Shown here piece by piece: positions 1 to 10,103 of a stretch of DNA of 64,000 nucleotides (positions are counted from its first letter, which is position 1; each line of letters starts with the position of its first letter). The DNA is from Nitrospirota bacterium (lineage in GTDB: Bacteria; Nitrospirota; UBA9217), in assembly GCA_963845065.1 (NCBI GenBank), contig CAWJQQ010000005.1, positions 128,001 through 192,000 on the forward strand, given 5' to 3'. The notes below the pieces were generated by a model. The model did not search any database. It saw only the letters and a list, made by a program, of their open reading frames with translations, and was not told the origin of the DNA. The position numbers and the translations under genes are program-made.

Positions 1-260
1 AAAGCCGAGTCTTGCCTGTCGGCGCTGCCGGTTGTAGAAGAAGACCTCGATGTATTCTATGATATCCTGAATCGCTTCTTTCCTGGTTCTGTAGTGGCGG
101 TGATGGACAAGCTCCTGCTTGAGCGTTCCCCAGAAACTCTCCATCGGTGCTTTGTCGTAACAGTTTCCCTTTCCGCTCATCGATGCTTTCATGTTAAACT
201 GCCCGAGCAAATCTTGGTACTCATAGGAGCAATACTGACTTCCACGGTCAGAATAATGAA
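1..260 (-). pseudogene. IS3-family transposase (OrfB/integrase core) fragment, truncated
   Basis: Manual translation of the minus strand gives IHYSDRGSQYCSYEYQDLLGQFNMKASMSGKGNCYDKAPMESFWGTLKQEL...IEVFFYNRQRRQARLG, typical of the IS3 C-terminal region. Upstream in-frame sequence is unrelated and the frame runs off the window edge. Confidence 0.85.
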
Positions 261-358
261 TAAAGCTATGATCTTTTATGCAAACTTGTAGGTGAACATT
301 GCAGAGGTTCTCTTTCAATTGAGATGAAGAATACTGCTTGTATTTGGTGTCAGCCCGA

Positions 359-403
359 TTATTCCGGTCCATGCCGACCCATTGTTCCGGTGTTATCCGA
401 CCC
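359..403. repeat. Two 22-bp imperfect direct repeats resembling an IS21-family terminus
   Basis: TTATTCCGGTCCATGCCGACCC and TTGTTCCGGTGTTATCCGACCC with a 23-bp period; resembles the repeated ATTCCGG..CCGACC motif at IS21-family ends. Confidence 0.45.
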
Positions 404-446
404 CTAATTCAGATTTAATGTATAAACATAACGAAGAATAAAACGT

Positions 447-483
447 AAAAAGGGCCAATTTCTCAAGAAATTGGCCCTTTTTT
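447..483. terminator. Intrinsic terminator downstream of tRNA-Asn (potentially bidirectional)
   Basis: Perfect inverted repeat AAAAAGGGCCAATTTCT-CA-AGAAATTGGCCCTTTTT. Confidence 0.85.
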
Positions 484-487
484 GCTC

Positions 488-563
488 TGGCTCCCCGGGC
501 CGGACTCGAACCAGCGACAGGGTGGTTAACAGCCACCTGCTCTACCAACTGAGCTACCGGGGA
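488..563 (-). tRNA. tRNA-Asn(GTT)
   Basis: 76-nt cloverleaf, anticodon loop CT-GTT-AA, GGTTCGAGTCC T-arm, encoded CCA. Confidence 0.97.
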
Positions 564-670
564 ATAATCAGTTCGGTATGGTTAGAAAGAATTATCAGGC
601 GGGTATAAATACCATATTATGCCTTTTCTGTCAATCTGTTATTTCTCGGCCAAGGGTCAATAACTGCCCT

Positions 671-1270
671 TTATTTACTCCCTCCTTGTCCTTTCTTAAG
701 CTCCATGATCACGAGCTTGGCTATAGCTTTGAGAGTGTCGAACACGCCCGTGCCGTCAGTTGCCACGGCCTCGAAATTCGGAACACTTCTCGGGTTCAAG
801 GCTTTTTTCATTTCATCGAGAGAAACTACATTCGGCAAGTCCCGTTTGTTGTATTGAATCACATACGGAATCCTATCAAGGTCATACCCCTGTTCAGAAA
901 GGTTGATTCGGAGATTCTCAACACTCTCGATGTTGGCTTCCATGCGCTCGACCTGTGAATCCGCAACGAACACGACGCCGTCGACGCCCTTGAGGATTAA
1001 CTTCCGGCTTGCATCGTAGAACACCTGGCCGGGAACGGTATACAGGTGGAAGCGAGTCTTAAACCCACGAATCTCGCCGAGGGCCAGTGGCAGGAAGTCG
1101 AAGAACAGTGTCCGCTCAGTCTCCGTAGCAAGCGAGATCATCTTGCCCTTGCTGTCAGGATTCGTCTTTTTGTAGATCCACTGCAAGTTCGTCGTCTTGC
1201 CGCACAAACCGGGACCATAAAAGACGATCTTGCAGTTAATCTCTCTCGACGAATAGTTGATAAAGGACAT
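671..1270 (-). CDS. mglA: Ras-like GTPase MglA
   Basis: MSFINYSSREINCKIVFYGPGLCGKTTNL, RTLFFDF, TVPGQ and NKRD motifs. Confidence 0.97.
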   Translation of the reverse strand: MSFINYSSREINCKIVFYGPGLCGKTTNLQWIYKKTNPDSKGKMISLATETERTLFFDFLPLALGEIRGFKTRFHLYTVPGQVFYDASRKLILKGVDGVVFVADSQVERMEANIESVENLRINLSEQGYDLDRIPYVIQYNKRDLPNVVSLDEMKKALNPRSVPNFEAVATDGTGVFDTLKAIAKLVIMELKKGQGGSK

Positions 1271-1320
1271 GGGACAGTAATTCCTCTCCTTACTGCATTC
1301 AGGGAGTGAAGGAGGCTGGG

Positions 1321-1815
1321 TTAACCGAAGAGTTTATCGATATCTTCGTCTGTAATTTCTGCAAAGGGAGAATTGGCGCTTTTACCTGAACCCTTTTCTG
1401 TTTCAACCTTCTGGAGAAGTTGGTTGAAAATACTACCGAGCACTTCTGCGCTCTTTTTTACCCGGAGCCGCACTAGGCCGAGCGATGAACGTTGGTCGAA
1501 GATCACCACCAGGATCACGCGCTGACCGATAATAGAAATATGGATATTATCACGTGCACCCTCATGGAAGAGGATCGAGAATTCCTTTTCACCCAGGAGT
1601 TTTGCCATCCCGCCCGTGGCCGCAATGTTGCCTGCGGTAAGCGATGCAAGTGATGTCGTGTCCAAATTTTCCGTCTCGCCGGTGGCCGCAATAAGTTGGC
1701 CATTCTTATCGACGAGAAAAACTACCTTGGCGTTCGCTTGCTGAAGGAGACGCTGGATTTCAGTATCTATCTGCTTAAATTCTTCTTCATACATTACCAA
1801 ATCGGAACCCAGCAT
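1321..1815 (-). CDS. mglB: Roadblock/LC7 GTPase-activating protein MglB
   Basis: LVDKNGQLI, DTTSLASLTAGNIAATGG, LGLVRLRVKK and C-terminal PFAEITDEDIDKLF; start chosen at the ATG after an AAGGAG SD. Confidence 0.95.
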   Translation of the reverse strand: MLGSDLVMYEEEFKQIDTEIQRLLQQANAKVVFLVDKNGQLIAATGETENLDTTSLASLTAGNIAATGGMAKLLGEKEFSILFHEGARDNIHISIIGQRVILVVIFDQRSSLGLVRLRVKKSAEVLGSIFNQLLQKVETEKGSGKSANSPFAEITDEDIDKLFG

Positions 1816-1912
1816 ATCTGCATCTCCTTCTTGAAACCTTGTTGACACTTTCGGTTATTAAACCATACTGACCGATAGAATTCAAGCTTTTTTTGGTAAA
1901 AGCATTTTAAGT

Positions 1913-1944
1913 AAAATAGCCGGGCATACTTCCGGCCCGGCTAT
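1913..1944 (-). terminator. Probable terminator of the por operon
   Basis: ATAGCCGGGC-N9-GCCCGGCTAT hairpin followed by T residues on the minus strand. Confidence 0.6.
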
Positions 1945-1970
1945 AATCTTATTCCTGTAATAATGCTGTT

Positions 1971-2924
1971 TTAGCTCTTGGACATCTCCTGCAGCTTCTT
2001 GAGGCTGTCCCAATCCTGATCCACGAGTTCCTGAAAGTGTGCGAGTAGTGCTTCATTGCCCGGAGCAAAGAGGTGCTTGAACCTGCCCTGAGGCTTAAGC
2101 CATTCGGCAACGGGCTTCTTCTTGTCCTTGGGATCGTAGTTGATATTCCACTTGCCACCTTCTACTTCATAAAGCGGCCAAAAGCAGGTCTCAACAGCAA
2201 GACGGGAGAGCAGGATGGAGTCATTCGTTTGGGAGCGCCAGCCGCGGTTACACGGGGAGACAACGCCCATATACGCCGGACCGTTCGTTGCCAGTGCCTT
2301 CTTCACCTTTGTCATGAGGTCCTTCCAGTTATGGGGCGAAGCCTGAGCTGCATATGCCACATTATGTGCGGCCATGATACGCGTCAGGTCCTTGCGGCGC
2401 TGTGATTTGCCCGGGACCTTAGAGCCCACGGGCTGGGTCGTCGTGTCAGCGCCGAAGGGCGTGGCGCTCGAACGCTGGATACCAGTATTCATGTACGCAC
2501 CGTTATCGTAACAGATATAGAGCAGTTGGTGGCCGCGCTCCATGGCGCCGGAGAGCGCCTGGAACCCAATGTCGTACGTTCCACCGTCGCCGCCGAAAGC
2601 AATAAATTTGATATCTTTCTTGATCTTGCCCTTTTTTCGGAGCGCCCGGTACATAGTCTCGATGCCGGAAGCCGTAGCCGCCGCATTTTCAAATGCACTG
2701 TGCATCCATGGAACCCGCCAAGCGGTGTAGGGAAACAGACAGGTCGAAACTTCGAGGCAGCCCGTAGCGTTTGCGATAACTACCGGCTCATCGATGGCCA
2801 GGAGCACCTGCCGCACAATAGTCGGTGCTCCACAGCCGGAGCACAGCCGGTGCCCGCCCGTGAGCAGATCCTCCTTGTGCGACAGCGACTTTAATGTCAT
2901 CGGTTTTTCCTGCGTTGTGCTCAT
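1971..2924 (-). CDS. porB: Pyruvate/2-oxoacid:ferredoxin oxidoreductase beta subunit
   Basis: GHRLCSGCG, ATGCLEV, GGDGGTYDIG TPP motif, YDNGAYMNTGIQRS. Confidence 0.92.
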   Translation of the reverse strand: MSTTQEKPMTLKSLSHKEDLLTGGHRLCSGCGAPTIVRQVLLAIDEPVVIANATGCLEVSTCLFPYTAWRVPWMHSAFENAAATASGIETMYRALRKKGKIKKDIKFIAFGGDGGTYDIGFQALSGAMERGHQLLYICYDNGAYMNTGIQRSSATPFGADTTTQPVGSKVPGKSQRRKDLTRIMAAHNVAYAAQASPHNWKDLMTKVKKALATNGPAYMGVVSPCNRGWRSQTNDSILLSRLAVETCFWPLYEVEGGKWNINYDPKDKKKPVAEWLKPQGRFKHLFAPGNEALLAHFQELVDQDWDSLKKLQEMSKS

Positions 2925-3046
2925 TATGATCTCCTTAGATTCTTCGACAGATAGGAGCTGTTCATTCCTGTTGTCAGTCCTGATCAGTCCTAATGCGGTC
3001 AAAAGAATTTTGGTTTTCTCTGCACATTCTTAGCTAATTGTTTTCT

Positions 3047-4234
3047 TTAGTTTCTCACTGTAATGTATTCTTTCATCTGTTTGATCTTGCCGGTCTTGGC
3101 AACCTCTGCGGTCTCGTCTATAACCTTGTCCACGTCGAGCGGCATCAGGTCTCTGCCACCGAGCCCGTAAATTTTATTGAACATAACCGGTCCCCGAATG
3201 GACTGTACTGCTGATGCGATTTCCATGAAGAGCGGTCCATAGCCGCCATAAGAATCTGCGCGGTCCATGACACAGATGGCTTTGGCATTCTTGAGCGCTG
3301 CGCCCACTTCTTCGTACGGGAAGGGACGAAACATCCTAGGCTTCAAGAGCCCCGCCTTGACGCCTTTTTCGCGATAGCGGTCCACCTCGTCCTTGATCGT
3401 ACCTGCTGCGGAGTTTAAAGCAATAAGAACAACCTCGGCGTCTTCGAGGCGGTAGGCTTCAAATAGCCCGTAATTCCTTCCTGTGAGTTTCGCGAACTCC
3501 GCGGACACATCCTGGACGACCTTCTTTGCGTTTATCATGGCTTCATGCTGAGCACGTTTATGTTCCATGTAATAATCCGGTAGTACCAGTGCTCCTATGC
3601 TTTTCGGGTTATCCATATCGAGGAGCGGGTCGATCGCGATGTAATCGCCCACGAACTTTTTCACGTCCTCATCGGTAATATACTGCATGCTCTCGATAGA
3701 GTGGCTGATGATGAAACCGTCCAAATTGACTGCAATGGGTAACCGCACATCCTTGTGTTCGGCGATACGGTATGCCATGACCGTATTATCGTAGGCCTCC
3801 TGCGCGTTCTCGGAGAAGAGCTGGATCCAGCCACAATCGCGCATGGTCATCCCATCTGAATTGTCACCATGAATGTTCAGCGGTGCGGACAGCGCCCTGT
3901 TCACGAGCGACATCACAATCGGCAGACGGTAGCCCGAGGCAATATGAAGCATCTCCCACATTAGTGCCATGCCCTGAGAGCTAGTAGCCGTTGCTACTCG
4001 GCCTCCCGCGGCTGCGGCGCCGATGGCGGCGCTCATGGCGCTGTGCTCGCTCTCCACGAGGATCATTTCTGTATCGACTATCCCGTTCGACACGAATGAA
4101 GTAAACGACTCCATAATGCCCGTCGAAGGCGTGATAGGATAAGCGGGCATAACATCAGGGTTCAGCTGACGGAACGCTTCTGCAACAGCCTGGTTACCCG
4201 TGACAGCCACGGTCTTCGTCGTCGTAACAGTCAT
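3047..4234 (-). CDS. porA: Pyruvate/2-oxoacid:ferredoxin oxidoreductase alpha subunit
   Basis: GNQAVA, AYPITP, ESEHSAMSA, TATSSQG, YGLGGRD. Confidence 0.92.
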   Translation of the reverse strand: MTVTTTKTVAVTGNQAVAEAFRQLNPDVMPAYPITPSTGIMESFTSFVSNGIVDTEMILVESEHSAMSAAIGAAAAGGRVATATSSQGMALMWEMLHIASGYRLPIVMSLVNRALSAPLNIHGDNSDGMTMRDCGWIQLFSENAQEAYDNTVMAYRIAEHKDVRLPIAVNLDGFIISHSIESMQYITDEDVKKFVGDYIAIDPLLDMDNPKSIGALVLPDYYMEHKRAQHEAMINAKKVVQDVSAEFAKLTGRNYGLFEAYRLEDAEVVLIALNSAAGTIKDEVDRYREKGVKAGLLKPRMFRPFPYEEVGAALKNAKAICVMDRADSYGGYGPLFMEIASAVQSIRGPVMFNKIYGLGGRDLMPLDVDKVIDETAEVAKTGKIKQMKEYITVRN

Positions 4235-4235
4235 A

Positions 4236-4529
4236 CTATTTGCCCTCCTCTTCCATAACGATAGCCTTGTTGCCTTTCTTTCCCGGACACTCCATAGCAC
4301 ACACACCGCAGCCTTTGCAATGGTCGTAGTCAAACCCCGTCCTCTTCTCATCTTTTACCTTGACCGCCGTATCGGGGCAATAAATCCAGCAAAATAGGCA
4401 CTGGATGCAATTCTCCTCGATCCAGCGCGGCTTGAACGAACGCCACGAGCCTGTCTTATATTCATTTGCATTGCCGGCCTTCAGAACCGTCCCTGCATGG
4501 GGTAACTCTTTCCAGTTCATCTGTTTCAT
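4236..4529 (-). CDS. porD: Pyruvate:ferredoxin oxidoreductase delta subunit (2x[4Fe-4S])
   Basis: KTGSWRSFKP, CIQCLFCWIYCP, CKGCGVCAMECP. Confidence 0.92.
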   Translation of the reverse strand: MKQMNWKELPHAGTVLKAGNANEYKTGSWRSFKPRWIEENCIQCLFCWIYCPDTAVKVKDEKRTGFDYDHCKGCGVCAMECPGKKGNKAIVMEEEGK

Positions 4530-5116
4530 CCTTGCTTTACCTCCTCATACCCACGTTTGACCGCGGCGAGATTCCCGTCGATTATCTTCTGCACAAACTT
4601 CTTTCCGAAGCTGCCTTTCACCTCATCGAGTAGTACGTCCATGGCCACGATGCTCGTAGCCTTGTTCACCGCGCCGAGCATGGGTGCATTGGGCATGGGC
4701 CTGCCGATCGTATCAATCGCTATCCTGGTCGCATCGATGGTAAAGACACTTTGAGTGGGCTTAGCCTGTAATTTCTCACGGACTTCTTTCGGGTCCTTGC
4801 TCGTGTTGATGACGAACACCGCGTCGTCCTTTGCTCCCTCAGTTACGTTGATTGCATCTAGGAGCGATGCGTCCACTACAGCAACCACTCCGGGGTTCAG
4901 CACCGGGCAGTGCATCCGGAGTATTTTTTCGCTGACGCGATTATAGGCGCGGAGCGGTGCTCCGGCGCGCTCTGGCCCATATTCGGGAAATGCCTGGACT
5001 TGCCGACCACCGGAAAGACATGCATCGGCGAGAACTTTGGCCGCCGTGACGGTCCCCTGGCCGCCTCTCCCGTGCCACCTGATCTCAATCATTTCTGCCA
5101 TAATCTTGCCCTCCAC
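4526..5116 (-). CDS. porC: Pyruvate:ferredoxin oxidoreductase gamma subunit
   Basis: EIRWHGRGGQG, FPEYGPERAGAP. Confidence 0.92.
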   Translation of the reverse strand: MEGKIMAEMIEIRWHGRGGQGTVTAAKVLADACLSGGRQVQAFPEYGPERAGAPLRAYNRVSEKILRMHCPVLNPGVVAVVDASLLDAINVTEGAKDDAVFVINTSKDPKEVREKLQAKPTQSVFTIDATRIAIDTIGRPMPNAPMLGAVNKATSIVAMDVLLDEVKGSFGKKFVQKIIDGNLAAVKRGYEEVKQG

Positions 5117-5188
5117 AAATTAAGTTCGGAGTAGGGATCTACGTGACGAATGTGTATTTCAAATTGCAATCCAAACTCCATAATGAAC

Positions 5189-5908
5189 TTACATTTCCCG
5201 TCGGCCTTCAAGCGCCCGCTGAACAGTATTCTCATCGGCGTATTCGATGTCCCCACCCACTGGGAGACCGTACGCGATGCGGCTGACGCTGATGCCCAAC
5301 GGTTTAATTAACTTCGAAAGATACAGAGCTGTGGTCTCGCCTTTTACCGTAGGGTTCGTCGCAATGATGACTTCACTGACCCCGCCAGATCGCAGCCGAT
5401 CCAGAAGACCTTCGATCTTAAGGTCCTCCGGACCGATGCCGTCGAGAGGCGAGATAGCGCCGAGGAGTGCATGGTAGCGTCCCCGAAAGATTCCGCTCTT
5501 TTCGAGGATGAGAATGTTACTCGGTTCTTCCACTACGCAGATCCGCGTGCAATCACGACGTTCATCGCTGCAGATGCCGCAAAGCTCGTCCTCGGTGATA
5601 TTGTTGCAAACCGTGCAGTACCTGATATTGTTCTTCAGGTCCAGGATAGCCTGAGCTATTCCCGCTGCATCCTCGCGAGGCATACCTAGCACGGCAAAGG
5701 CAAAGCGCTCGGCACTCTTTCTGCCGATGCCAGGAAGTTTCATGAAAGCCTCAACCATCCTACCGAGTGCCATGCCCGAAACTTCGGAGACCTGCGTCCT
5801 AGCTTTTCCCAGTTTTCGTACAAGTGAGGCTGCCCGAGACGATTGCTCCTGTTCCACTTTCGCCGCCTTGTCTTCTTGAGCCCTGTGCTCCATTATGTGC
5901 GACACCAT
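5189..5908 (-). CDS. recR: Recombination mediator RecR (start uncertain; core begins near 5773)
   Basis: LPGIGRKSAER, CTVC..CGIC zinc finger, Toprim IIATNPTVKGE, RIAYGLPVGG. Confidence 0.93.
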   Translation of the reverse strand: MVSHIMEHRAQEDKAAKVEQEQSSRAASLVRKLGKARTQVSEVSGMALGRMVEAFMKLPGIGRKSAERFAFAVLGMPREDAAGIAQAILDLKNNIRYCTVCNNITEDELCGICSDERRDCTRICVVEEPSNILILEKSGIFRGRYHALLGAISPLDGIGPEDLKIEGLLDRLRSGGVSEVIIATNPTVKGETTALYLSKLIKPLGISVSRIAYGLPVGGDIEYADENTVQRALEGRREM

Positions 5909-5977
5909 GAACGCAGACTCACGTCTATGGTTACCTCGGTCTTTTCCCCGAAAACCCCGATCGGCAATCCGAAATTC

Positions 5978-6298
5978 TTAGAACAACCCTGGAGGAAGCC
6001 CCATTCCCGCGGTAAGCTTGCCCATTTCTTCCTTCATCAGGTCCTGCGATTTTCTGAGCGCCTCATTCACTGCAGCAGTAACCAAGTCCTGAAGCATGTC
6101 GATGTCCTTCGGGTCGACTACAGAGGGGTCTATTTTGATAGAAAGCACTTCCTGCCGGCCATTGGCGACAACCGTTACCATGCCACCGCCTGAAGACGCC
6201 TCCACGGTCTTGCCCGCTGCCTCTTCCTGGAGCTTTTTAACCCGCTCCTGCATCTGCTGGGCCTGCTTCATGATATTGCTGAGCATATTTTTTGACAT
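5978..6298 (-). CDS. ybaB: YbaB/EbfC nucleoid-associated protein
   Basis: MKQAQQMQ, ASSGGGMV, DMLQDLV..AVNEA; lies between dnaX and recR. Confidence 0.95.
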   Translation of the reverse strand: MSKNMLSNIMKQAQQMQERVKKLQEEAAGKTVEASSGGGMVTVVANGRQEVLSIKIDPSVVDPKDIDMLQDLVTAAVNEALRKSQDLMKEEMGKLTAGMGLPPGLF

Positions 6299-6433
6299 GG
6301 GGTACCCTTGAATTGTGAAATTTTATCAAATAAGGATGTTTATCATAAAAGAATTTTTAGGCTTTTGCAAGCGAAAATGAGTGCCTGGTTAACGAAAAAA
6401 CTGAGTACAGAGCTCTACGCTATAAACCTAGAG

Positions 6434-8080
6434 TTAGTCTAACGGATGGTCATGTTCGACGACCTCACCTTTGGGAAATACGCGGAGCACATCCTGAACC
6501 GCGGGGTCCTGCTCTTCGGGCTTTGTTTTTTTCTCGCTTTTTGTTTTGGACTCCTGTTTCCGTGCGTCCGCAAGGTGCTGAACCTTTACACTCAGCTTTT
6601 TACTCGTAATTCCGACGACGAGTTCTTCGATCAGCAATCTATTTTCGCGTTTATCAACGAGATCAACTTGGAAACGGCTGCCAGTTACGCCGATCACGAG
6701 TTCACTATCCGTAACGGTAATGATCCGGCCATGCCCCAGTGCAGAGGCAAGACTTGGTTTTTTCGATTTGAGTGCAGCAATGATCACACCCCACAGGTCA
6801 CCATGCTCGCTTCCCCTTTCGCCTGCACCCGGTTGGGATGATGGTACAGAAACTTTCGGCATTGCAGTGTACGGTACGAACTGCTCGCTAATCCGAGGGG
6901 CTGCTGCTGACGCTACCGGCACGGACCCGCTGAGTGCAAGCCTGGCCTCAAGATCTTTCATATGGTCCAGTATTTCGGAAAGGGGGCGAAGCTCCGCAAT
7001 AGTGCAAGCCTTGATCAGCCCGACTTCGAGAGTGAACCGTTGATGAGGAGACCAGCGCATGTCGTCAAGAGTTTTTGAAAGACTATCGAACAGCATCAGT
7101 AGGCGTTCGGCATCTGCTCTGGTTGCCTGCTGTTTGATGGCTTCGATGTCAGCAGCGGACAGCTCAATGATCTGGTCTGGATCGGCTGCAACCTTTGCGA
7201 CCAGCAGATTCCGCACATGCTCCACTACACCGGCGAGAAACTGGCGCATGTCCTGCCCCTGCTCCAGCAAGGTCTCGATATGCCTGAGAAGACCTGCCGC
7301 GTCCCTGCCCAGCAGGCCTGTAGCGAACTGAAGGAGTGCTGCCTGGGGAACGGAGCCGAGGGTTGCCTGAAGGTCTTCATTTTTAATCTCCATGCCGCTG
7401 TACGAAACCGCTTGGTCAAGAAGGCTTTGGGAATCACGCATGCTGCCTTCCGCGGCCCGTGCAATCATGGCAAGCCCAGAATCGGAAATGGTAATACTTT
7501 CGGCAGTGGCTATTGTACGGAGTCTTTCGATAATCTCATGCAACGCAACCCGTTTGAAACCGTAGCGTTGGCATCGCGAGTGGATTGTGGCAGGGATTTT
7601 TTGAGGTTCCGTTGTGGCGAAAATAAAAATCACATGAGGCGGCGGTTCTTCAAGAGTCTTCAACAATGCATTGAAAGCCTCGTTCGTTAGCATGTGGACT
7701 TCGTCGATTACATAGACCTTATACTTACCGCCTACTGGGGCGTACTTAACAGCCTCGCGCAGCTCGCGAATGTGTTCAATGCCGCGGTTGGAAGCACCGT
7801 CGATCTCAACGACATCTACTGCGGTACCGGCTGCGGTTTCGAGGCAGGAGTCGCATTTCCCGCAAGGAGTCGGCGTTGGACCCTGCTCGCAATTCAGCGC
7901 TTTTGCGAGTATGCGGGCCGTAGTGGTCTTGCCGACACCTCGCGGACCTGAAAACAGGAAGGCATGAGCCAGCCGCCCAGAGGTGATCGCATTCTGGAGC
8001 GTTCGTGTAATATGCGCCTGTCCGACCACATCTTCGAAGACCTGGGGCCTCCATTTTCGAGCAAGCACCTGGTAACTCAT
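6434..8080 (-). CDS. dnaX: DNA polymerase III subunit gamma/tau
   Basis: YQVLARKWRPQ, GPRGVGKTT, IDEVHML, SRCQ. Confidence 0.97.
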   Translation of the reverse strand: MSYQVLARKWRPQVFEDVVGQAHITRTLQNAITSGRLAHAFLFSGPRGVGKTTTARILAKALNCEQGPTPTPCGKCDSCLETAAGTAVDVVEIDGASNRGIEHIRELREAVKYAPVGGKYKVYVIDEVHMLTNEAFNALLKTLEEPPPHVIFIFATTEPQKIPATIHSRCQRYGFKRVALHEIIERLRTIATAESITISDSGLAMIARAAEGSMRDSQSLLDQAVSYSGMEIKNEDLQATLGSVPQAALLQFATGLLGRDAAGLLRHIETLLEQGQDMRQFLAGVVEHVRNLLVAKVAADPDQIIELSAADIEAIKQQATRADAERLLMLFDSLSKTLDDMRWSPHQRFTLEVGLIKACTIAELRPLSEILDHMKDLEARLALSGSVPVASAAAPRISEQFVPYTAMPKVSVPSSQPGAGERGSEHGDLWGVIIAALKSKKPSLASALGHGRIITVTDSELVIGVTGSRFQVDLVDKRENRLLIEELVVGITSKKLSVKVQHLADARKQESKTKSEKKTKPEEQDPAVQDVLRVFPKGEVVEHDHPLD

Positions 8081-8224
8081 AATTCCCTCACAACAACGCT
8101 CATAACCTCAAAGTTGAATAAACATCATAATCATAGATGAACAGAAGCAGGCGTCTTTAATGACACGGATGAAAGAAAATACGCTAGTGAAACTTCGGGG
8201 AGGAAATTCTCTGCAAATTAAAAG

Positions 8225-8337
8225 GCTCATAAACCCGGGCACCCCTACGGCACACCCGGAATCCGTTTACCGCTGCTTCCTTCCGGACCTGACGGGGTTC
8301 ACGGGACCGTGATTGCGCAGGACCCGGGCTCATGAGC
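8225..8337 (-). ncRNA. ffs: Small bacterial SRP RNA (4.5S)
   Basis: Minus strand contains the conserved TCAGGTCCGGAAGGAAGCAGC helix inside a long hairpin; canonical position upstream of dnaX. Confidence 0.92.
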
Positions 8338-8429
8338 GCTAATGTTCTTCTGTTCAGCGTTCAGAATGCCATGCGGGTAGAAACAGTTAATCCGTCCACT
8401 CATCGCTCTGAACTAGTTTTTTTTAAACA

Positions 8430-8517
8430 TGGCGGAGAGGGTGGGGTTCGAACCCACGTTAGGTTTCCCTAAACACGCTTTCCAAGCGTGCGCCTTCAGC
8501 CGCTCGGCCACCTCTCC
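8430..8517 (-). tRNA. tRNA-Ser(GGA)
   Basis: Long variable arm, loop TT-GGA-AA, CCA end. Confidence 0.96.
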
Positions 8518-8617
8518 ATCTATTGCATTTACCATTCTCGGTTCAAAGTGAACCTTTGTGCCGTTGCTTATCTATATTTGCACCTTAAAATTTTGAACTC
8601 TACACTCTTTTTTAACA

Positions 8618-8707
8618 TGGCGGAGAGGCCGGGATTTGAACCCGGGGTGGAGTTACCCCCACAACAGTTTTCGAGACTGCCGCCTTCAGCCACTCGGCCA
8701 CCTCTCC
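8618..8707 (-). tRNA. tRNA-Ser(CGA)
   Basis: Long variable arm, loop CT-CGA-AA, CCA end. Confidence 0.96.
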
Positions 8708-8775
8708 GGATACTGCAAGTGTTTAGAATTCGCAGTTCAAACTAAGACCTCATCCGCGGCAGCTGTGATTATTCA

Positions 8776-9258
8776 CTATATACTCAACTTTTCCGCTCTC
8801 AGTTTTTGAAAAAATTCTGTCAGCAGAGTGCGGCATTCGTCCTCAAGCACGCTCGGTGTGATCCGAAAAGTATGATTCAGTCTTCCGTCTCGCACAACGT
8901 CATACACGGACCCGAGGACGCCTGCTTTAGGATCCTTACATCCGTAGACCAACCGGCTAACCCGTGCAAGCACGAGAGCACCTGCACACATGAGGCAAGG
9001 CTCCAGTGTCACGTAGACTGCGGCATCCTGAAGTCGCCACCTTCCGAGCCGTGCCGCTGCCTCTCTAACTACCAGAAGTTCTGCGTGGGCTGTCGGGTCC
9101 TGCAAGGTTTCCCGCATATTATGAGCTGCTGCAACCACTTCCTGGTCGATGACGAGCACTGCTCCGACTGGGGTTTCGCCGAAAGTAGAGGCTTCTTCTG
9201 CCTCGGCCAACGCCATGCGCATGAAATCTTCGTCGCTCTTCCGCCCCGGATAATTCAT
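8776..9258 (-). CDS. tadA: tRNA adenosine(34) deaminase
   Basis: PVGAV, DPTAHAE, TLEPCLMC motifs. Confidence 0.93.
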   Translation of the reverse strand: MNYPGRKSDEDFMRMALAEAEEASTFGETPVGAVLVIDQEVVAAAHNMRETLQDPTAHAELLVVREAAARLGRWRLQDAAVYVTLEPCLMCAGALVLARVSRLVYGCKDPKAGVLGSVYDVVRDGRLNHTFRITPSVLEDECRTLLTEFFQKLRAEKLSI

Positions 9259-9353
9259 ACTTAAAAATTCTTATTGCCGAGAACGCAGAGTGCAGCAAGT
9301 CTCGGTGAAATTTCTTTGCGCTCCATGCGTACTGCACGGTGAATATGTTACTG

Positions 9354-9430
9354 TGGCGCGCCCAAGAGGATTCGAACCTCTGACCTACGGATTCGTAGTC
9401 CGTTGCTCTATCCAGCTGAGCTATGGGCGC
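9354..9430 (-). tRNA. tRNA-Arg(ACG)
   Basis: 77-nt cloverleaf, loop CT-ACG-AA, CCA end. Confidence 0.96.
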
Positions 9431-9502
9431 AAAGAAAATGCACAGATTCTTGCCAACATGCTAGTGCATTCATTCCTGGATAATATGCTGTCGTGTTCAA
9501 GA

Positions 9503-10015
9503 CTACTTTGATACGCCGCCAACAAGAAGGATACCGATTTTCTCATGCTGGAACGGGTGGATGCTAGGTTGCAGGGAGAATAACCAGTTGCTCCAGATTT
9601 CTTTGTCGTTCTCAAAAACTACCACTTGCGCGGCGGGCTGATTGGGATTATCAGATATGGAGTAAAATTCGTCGTTCGACATCTTGAAATCCGGCAGGAA
9701 CGCAAGAACCTTAACCTTCATTTTGCTATTAGGAACTGTCAGCTCTGATCCGATTTTAACTGTATATTCTTTCGTTGTTTTTGCCGTTTTATTCTCAATG
9801 GCAAGCTTCACTGCCCTCCACTTTGCCGCTACTTCCTTCGAAACTACGACTTTCCGCTCTACTTTTGGTATATTTGGTATGCCTGCTGGCGGCATTCCAC
9901 CTTGCATGGCAGGATTTACCGTCGGCATCTGCGACTGCTGTTCTTTCTTTTTACAGGTTGCGAAAGAGACTGCTACTATAAAAATAACTGCAAGCACAAC
10001 TATCTTCCTTAACAT
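9503..10015 (-). CDS. Putative lipoprotein, DUF2155-like C-terminus
   Basis: Signal peptide ending in Cys (SFATC), Pro/Gln/Met linker, FLPDF..NQPAA..WLFSLQPSIHPFQH. Confidence 0.65.
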   Translation of the reverse strand: MLRKIVVLAVIFIVAVSFATCKKKEQQSQMPTVNPAMQGGMPPAGIPNIPKVERKVVVSKEVAAKWRAVKLAIENKTAKTTKEYTVKIGSELTVPNSKMKVKVLAFLPDFKMSNDEFYSISDNPNQPAAQVVVFENDKEIWSNWLFSLQPSIHPFQHEKIGILLVGGVSK

Positions 10016-10103
10016 GGTGTTACCCTCCTCAAAAAGATATACTACCTTGTGAACAAATACCGTAATACCCCACGACGGTGCACGCGTGCGGTATCGTGAA
10101 TAA

